A stretch of DNA of 20,000 bases from an uncultured virus (IMG/VR IMGVR_UViG_3300009161_006655) (Duplodnaviria; Heunggongvirae; Uroviricota; Caudoviricetes): the IMG/VR virus record IMGVR_UViG_3300009161_006655; one strand, given 5' to 3'. Numbering within the stretch: position 1 is the first letter of the stretch; the number at the start of each line of letters is the position of its first letter. The notes beneath the pieces were generated by a model. It was not told the DNA's origin. It ran no database searches and saw only the letters and a program-made list of their open reading frames with translations. The position numbers and the translations under genes were made by a program. Of this stretch, positions 16,582 through 20,000 are shown in pieces.

Positions 16582-16611
16582 AAAAAACCCACTCAATTTG
16601 AGTGGGTTTTT
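16582..16611. terminator. Bidirectional intrinsic terminator between convergent genes
   Basis: AAAAAA-CCCACTCA-ATT-TGAGTGGG-TTTTT, a perfect inverted repeat between stops at 16562 (+) and 16616 (-). Confidence 0.88.
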
Positions 16612-16615
16612 ATTT

Positions 16616-17419
16616 TTAACTAATTGTTATCGTAATTGGGCCACCAAAAACAAATGGACTAGCTGTTGTTGCTGTTTGTACCCATGTTCCGCCATTCGCA
16701 GTTGGAATTAATAAGAATTGACCACCACCTTGGGTTTCTATGTGGAATATACCACCAACATTAGAAGTAAATGTTGCCGTTTGTCCATTTTGTGTTACAT
16801 TTATAGTACCTCCACTAGTTTGTAATTGTGTAAATTGAGTCAATCGACTAGTACCTGCAAAATTATTAACACTAAATGCTAAATATGTTGTTCCACTTGT
16901 TCCATTTGGATTATATGTTTCGACCACTGGTGAACCTGAAATTGTAAATATTGCATTACCATTTCCTATTGGTGGAGTAGCATTAAATGGGCCTTCATCA
17001 CTATAGAAGTACCATTCTCCTAAACCAACACCGCCACCTGAATAAGCCCCACCTAATATATTTGTGTGTCCTGTGGAACTTAACCAAGCTTTTGCTGAAT
17101 TTATATCATTAAATGTTTGTGTGTTTCCCGGTATTCTATTAATTAGTAGTAATAACGAACCATCTGTTTTAAATTTACTTCTGTAAAAAGTAGGCATATT
17201 AGAAGATGCTATTCCGGTATTACCACCGGTTGTTCTTCCCACAAGATTCAAAGAAGTAGTATCTGAATAGATAACATATCCGTTATCATCTGACACACCA
17301 GCTATCCAACCACCGGTTGAGTAGTCAACATCACCAATAGCCACTGCTAAATTACCTACTTGAGTTGCTCCAGGTATATAGGTTAGGGATGGATTGTATT
17401 TTACTGAGTATATTGCCAT
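16616..17419 (-). CDS. Gly/Thr/Asn-rich beta-type protein, probable virion surface or fibre/decoration protein
   Basis: 267 aa with few charged residues and two apparent domains joined by GGAYSGGGVG. TAATATATA lies 20 nt upstream. Confidence 0.55.
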   Translation of the reverse strand: MAIYSVKYNPSLTYIPGATQVGNLAVAIGDVDYSTGGWIAGVSDDNGYVIYSDTTSLNLVGRTTGGNTGIASSNMPTFYRSKFKTDGSLLLLINRIPGNTQTFNDINSAKAWLSSTGHTNILGGAYSGGGVGLGEWYFYSDEGPFNATPPIGNGNAIFTISGSPVVETYNPNGTSGTTYLAFSVNNFAGTSRLTQFTQLQTSGGTINVTQNGQTATFTSNVGGIFHIETQGGGQFLLIPTANGGTWVQTATTASPFVFGGPITITIS

Positions 17420-17439
17420 ATTTTAGTTTAGTGTTTTCA

Positions 17440-17468
17440 TATATATTAAATCCTGAAAATAATATATA
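17440..17468. promoter_or_regulatory. Back-to-back divergent TAATATATA motifs
   Basis: tatatatta at 17440-17448 (minus strand, 20 nt before ATG 17419) and taatatata at 17460-17468 (plus strand, 6 nt before ATG 17475). Confidence 0.7.
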
Positions 17469-17474
17469 TAACAT

Positions 17475-19355
17475 ATGAGATTTTTATCAAACTACATAGA
17501 CTTTATTTTCGAAGCAGTTGCTAAACAAGAAATGAGACTTTATTACTCGGATGAGTTTAGAAACATATTGAAAACAATTGAAAGTAAGTCTAGTATTGCA
17601 CAAGCTTTATTATCCTCAGAGGATTCTAATCAAATGCTTGATATTTACACCTTAATTGATATCACTGAAAAAAATGATACAATCTCATTAATACAAGTAA
17701 ATAGAATAACTAGAGGTAATCCAGATTTAGGAGAAACATTACCATACAACATTAGAGATAAAAAAAGAGGTAGTGAATTCTGGACTAAAGCTAGAACCGA
17801 AATAGGTATTGGTAGGTGGACTAGAAGAATATTTACTGAAGTTCATAAGTCAACTGTATTAGATTCTAAAATTGAAGAATTTGTTAATTTATATAAAGCC
17901 TCTATTGATGGTGGTGATATTACTAACTTTGAATTGGTTATCGGCGAAGATATTAAAAAATGGTATCTTGAAAGTAGTTATGAGGAGAAAAGAGGTCAGT
18001 TAGGAAACTCTTGTATGAGGTATAAAGGATGTCAAGATTTTCTTGATATTTATACTAAGAACCCCGAAGTTTGCCAATTACTTATTTTAAAATCAGATGA
18101 TTATAAAGATAAAATTACTGGACGTGCTTTAATTTGGAAATTAACGAATGGCTCTTATTATATGGATAGAATCTATACTATAAATGATTCAGATAAATTG
18201 TTATTCTTTGACTTTTTTGAGAATTGGCAGATGGAAAATTCATATAAAGTTTCATCTCAAAACTTAGAAGTTAAGTTAGGTGAACACACTTATAAGAAAT
18301 ATCCTTATATGGATACTTTTGTTGTTTATAATCCTACAACTAAAATTTTAAGAGATGATGAAGATTTATGGCCTGGTCAAGGTTATATTAAAGTACAAAA
18401 TACTAATGGTGGATTTGAATCAGAGGATGCTGTTTATTCAGAATGGCATGGTGAATATATTAGCAGAGACAATGCTATATATTGTGAGAATGTTGAAGAT
18501 TGGTTAGATAAAGATGAAGCTAGATATTTAGAATATAAAAATGAATGGGCTGCTCCAACCGATGATGTTGTTTGGTCTGAATACCATTCAGAATATTTCT
18601 TTATGGATGATACAGTTCACTCTGAGTTAATGAGTGATGCTTTATATTCAGATAATAAAAATGTAATAGAAATAGAACTCAACTGGGATGGAGATACAGA
18701 TTTTGCTGTTAAGTCAAGAACTGATCTTTATATAATAGAATGGATAGATGAAAAACCTAGATATTTCCTAAGAGAGAATTACATTAAAGATCCGTTCACT
18801 GGTGAATATCATTTCAAAGATGAAAAAGTAGGCACTGGTAAAAATATAGTTGAATATAGTAAATACTTAGATAAAGTAATAGCTGAGAAATTAGGTATTA
18901 AAATGGATAATACCAATACTGATAAGAGTGGAAATTTTATGATAGATGATAAACTATTATCAAAAGTAAGAGAAGAGTTAAGAAATATAATGAAAGATTT
19001 TGAAATAACTGATGAAATAAAAGTGTCTATTGATAATAATAATATTTGGAAGAATAATGTTAGAGGTGTTTTCTGGGGAGTACACAAAGACAATATGCCA
19101 ACTGAAGAAGATATGTTTTTAACAATTAAAGCTTATCCAATAATCTACCCTATGTCTAATCCTAATAGACATGTTAGTAGTTTAACTATGAATACTCTTA
19201 CTAGAACAATAATTGAGTTCTCAGGTGATGAAAGAAAATTTAATATATTTAAGTCTGAAGGTATATTAAGAAATATGATGAAAGCCGCTTACATCTTTGA
19301 TTATTCTTTATTCCCTGAAGAAATTTATCTTAGATATTTATTTATCACTGTCTAA
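17475..19355 (+). CDS. Phage protein of unknown function with an NSCM...GRALIW...MDRIY...YPYMDT domain, 15-aa acidic/aromatic repeats and putative capsid-targeting N-terminus
   Basis: 626 aa; motifs read from the translation. N-terminus is MRFLSNYIDFIFEA. Confidence 0.7.
   Translation: MRFLSNYIDFIFEAVAKQEMRLYYSDEFRNILKTIESKSSIAQALLSSEDSNQMLDIYTLIDITEKNDTISLIQVNRITRGNPDLGETLPYNIRDKKRGSEFWTKARTEIGIGRWTRRIFTEVHKSTVLDSKIEEFVNLYKASIDGGDITNFELVIGEDIKKWYLESSYEEKRGQLGNSCMRYKGCQDFLDIYTKNPEVCQLLILKSDDYKDKITGRALIWKLTNGSYYMDRIYTINDSDKLLFFDFFENWQMENSYKVSSQNLEVKLGEHTYKKYPYMDTFVVYNPTTKILRDDEDLWPGQGYIKVQNTNGGFESEDAVYSEWHGEYISRDNAIYCENVEDWLDKDEARYLEYKNEWAAPTDDVVWSEYHSEYFFMDDTVHSELMSDALYSDNKNVIEIELNWDGDTDFAVKSRTDLYIIEWIDEKPRYFLRENYIKDPFTGEYHFKDEKVGTGKNIVEYSKYLDKVIAEKLGIKMDNTNTDKSGNFMIDDKLLSKVREELRNIMKDFEITDEIKVSIDNNNIWKNNVRGVFWGVHKDNMPTEEDMFLTIKAYPIIYPMSNPNRHVSSLTMNTLTRTIIEFSGDERKFNIFKSEGILRNMMKAAYIFDYSLFPEEIYLRYLFITV
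18423..18650 (+). repeat. Five tandem ~15-aa protein repeats
   Basis: EDAVYSEWHGEYISR / DNAIYCENVEDWLDK / DEARYLEYKNEWAAPT / DDVVWSEYHSEYFFM / DDTVHSELMSDALYS. Confidence 0.75.
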
Positions 19356-19583
19356 AACATCCTCAATTTTAATATCTCTTTCGATTGCTTGTTGATTCAT
19401 ATTATACCACATACGAAAGTCATGAGAGTAGTAAATAAACTCTTTTATACTTCCATCTTCGTTAGTTTCGGCTTGACAAGTTTGACCGGTCATAAAACGA
19501 TTAAAACTTTCTCTCCATATTTGGGGAATATCAGAATCTCTAACATCTCTTCCTGCATCATAAACTTGTTTTAAATTTTCCAT
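19338..19583 (-). CDS. Small hypothetical protein (81 aa from the ATG)
   Basis: The ATG at 19583 is preferred over the TTG at 19589. The protein reads MENLKQVYDAG...IERDIKIEDVLDSDK and overlaps the 3' end of the convergent gene by 18 nt. Confidence 0.65.
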   Translation of the reverse strand: MENLKQVYDAGRDVRDSDIPQIWRESFNRFMTGQTCQAETNEDGSIKEFIYYSHDFRMWYNMNQQAIERDIKIEDVLDSDK

Positions 19584-19586
19584 ATA

Positions 19587-19594
19587 CAAATATA
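19587..19594 (-). promoter_or_regulatory. Bacteroidota-type -7 promoter element TAnnTTTG (TATATTTG)
   Basis: Minus strand reads ...ttagTATATTTGtatATG, matching the Bacteroidota primary-sigma -7 consensus. No clear -33 TTTG was found. Confidence 0.5.
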
Positions 19595-19652
19595 CTAATT
19601 ATATTACTTTTATAAAAATAAACTAAATAGTTTTTTTATAATATATCATGTG

Positions 19653-20000
19653 ATGGATAAAGTCTACATAAATGGCATAATACAAAGAGTTCTCTCTAAA
19701 GAATTTTCAAATATTCAAAAGAGGAAAACTGTCGATTACAACGACAGGGTAAACTTTTCTTGTCCATACTGCGGAGACAGTCATAAAAATGTTAATGCTA
19801 AACGTGGTAACTTCTATTACAATCGTCTTATTTTTATCTGTTTTAACTGTGATAAGAAAACCACATTTGATAGATTCTGTAAAGACTTCAATGAGCAATT
19901 AGATCCAGATAAAAAGTTAGAAATGATTGAACACTTAAACAGTGTTATGACTTATTCTGACTATGAAGGAGACTTTGTTGATGCTAAGTTTGAAAATCTA
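19653..20000 (+). CDS. T4 gp61-like DNA primase, N-terminal zinc-binding domain, 3'-truncated (absent from the ORF track)
   Basis: Manual translation: MDKVYINGIIQRVLSKEFSNIQKRKTVDYNDRVNFSCPYCGDSHKNVNAKRGNFYYNRLIFICFNCDKK... The NFxCPxCGDS...RG...CFNC pattern is the T4-type primase zinc ribbon. The frame is open to the window end, and TAATATATC lies 5 nt upstream. Confidence 0.88.
   Translation, partial: MDKVYINGIIQRVLSKEFSNIQKRKTVDYNDRVNFSCPYCGDSHKNVNAKRGNFYYNRLIFICFNCDKKTTFDRFCKDFNEQLDPDKKLEMIEHLNSVMTYSDYEGDFVDAKFENL

Noticed and set aside
1107..19647. Possible second promoter class TAAAC...T-tract...TATA upstream of uvsW (1107), clpP (15073, minus) and primase (19619)
   Set aside because: Spacing is inconsistent (11-14 nt to TATA) and there are only three AT-rich examples. 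It cannot be separated from chance without genome-wide data.
12608..19898. Short ORFs 12608-12805, 15109-15303, 18809-19093, 19389-19574 and 19707-19898
   Set aside because: They are antisense shadows of better-supported genes. 19707-19898 is opposite the primase zinc ribbon.
1..20000. tRNA, rRNA, structured ncRNA, integrase or transposase
   Set aside because: Intergenic gaps are at most ~120 nt and very AT-rich. No cloverleaf or mobile-element signature was seen.

Overview
AT-rich, densely coding segment of a large T4-related (myovirus/jumbo-type) phage genome, probably infecting a Bacteroidota host. The host inference rests on a Bacteroidota-like ClpP, a TAnnTTTG promoter and little Shine-Dalgarno signal. 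From left to right the window holds: the 3' end of a C39-like cysteine peptidase; a small Lys/Ala/Pro-rich protein; a UvsW helicase; a four-gene baseplate/tail block (hub-like protein, SGNH-esterase plus tail-lysozyme fusion, possible tube-fold protein, gp5-like spike); a block of accessory genes (HExxH metallopeptidase, ClpP, very acidic protein, HAD phosphatase, repeat protein); and the 5' end of a gp61-like primase that the ORF track misses. Four observations stand out. (1) Four unrelated proteins share an N-terminal peptide resembling the T4 capsid-targeting sequence, suggesting a packaged and injected enzyme cargo. (2) A recurrent (TA/TT/GT)ATATATA promoter-like motif sits either 4-8 nt or 19-21 nt before start codons. 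(3) The baseplate block carries several putative cell-envelope enzymes, including an L,D-transpeptidase-like domain with Ser at the expected catalytic Cys. (4) Two near-identical terminator hairpins lie 16 kb apart. All family calls come from motif recognition by eye; no database searches were run.
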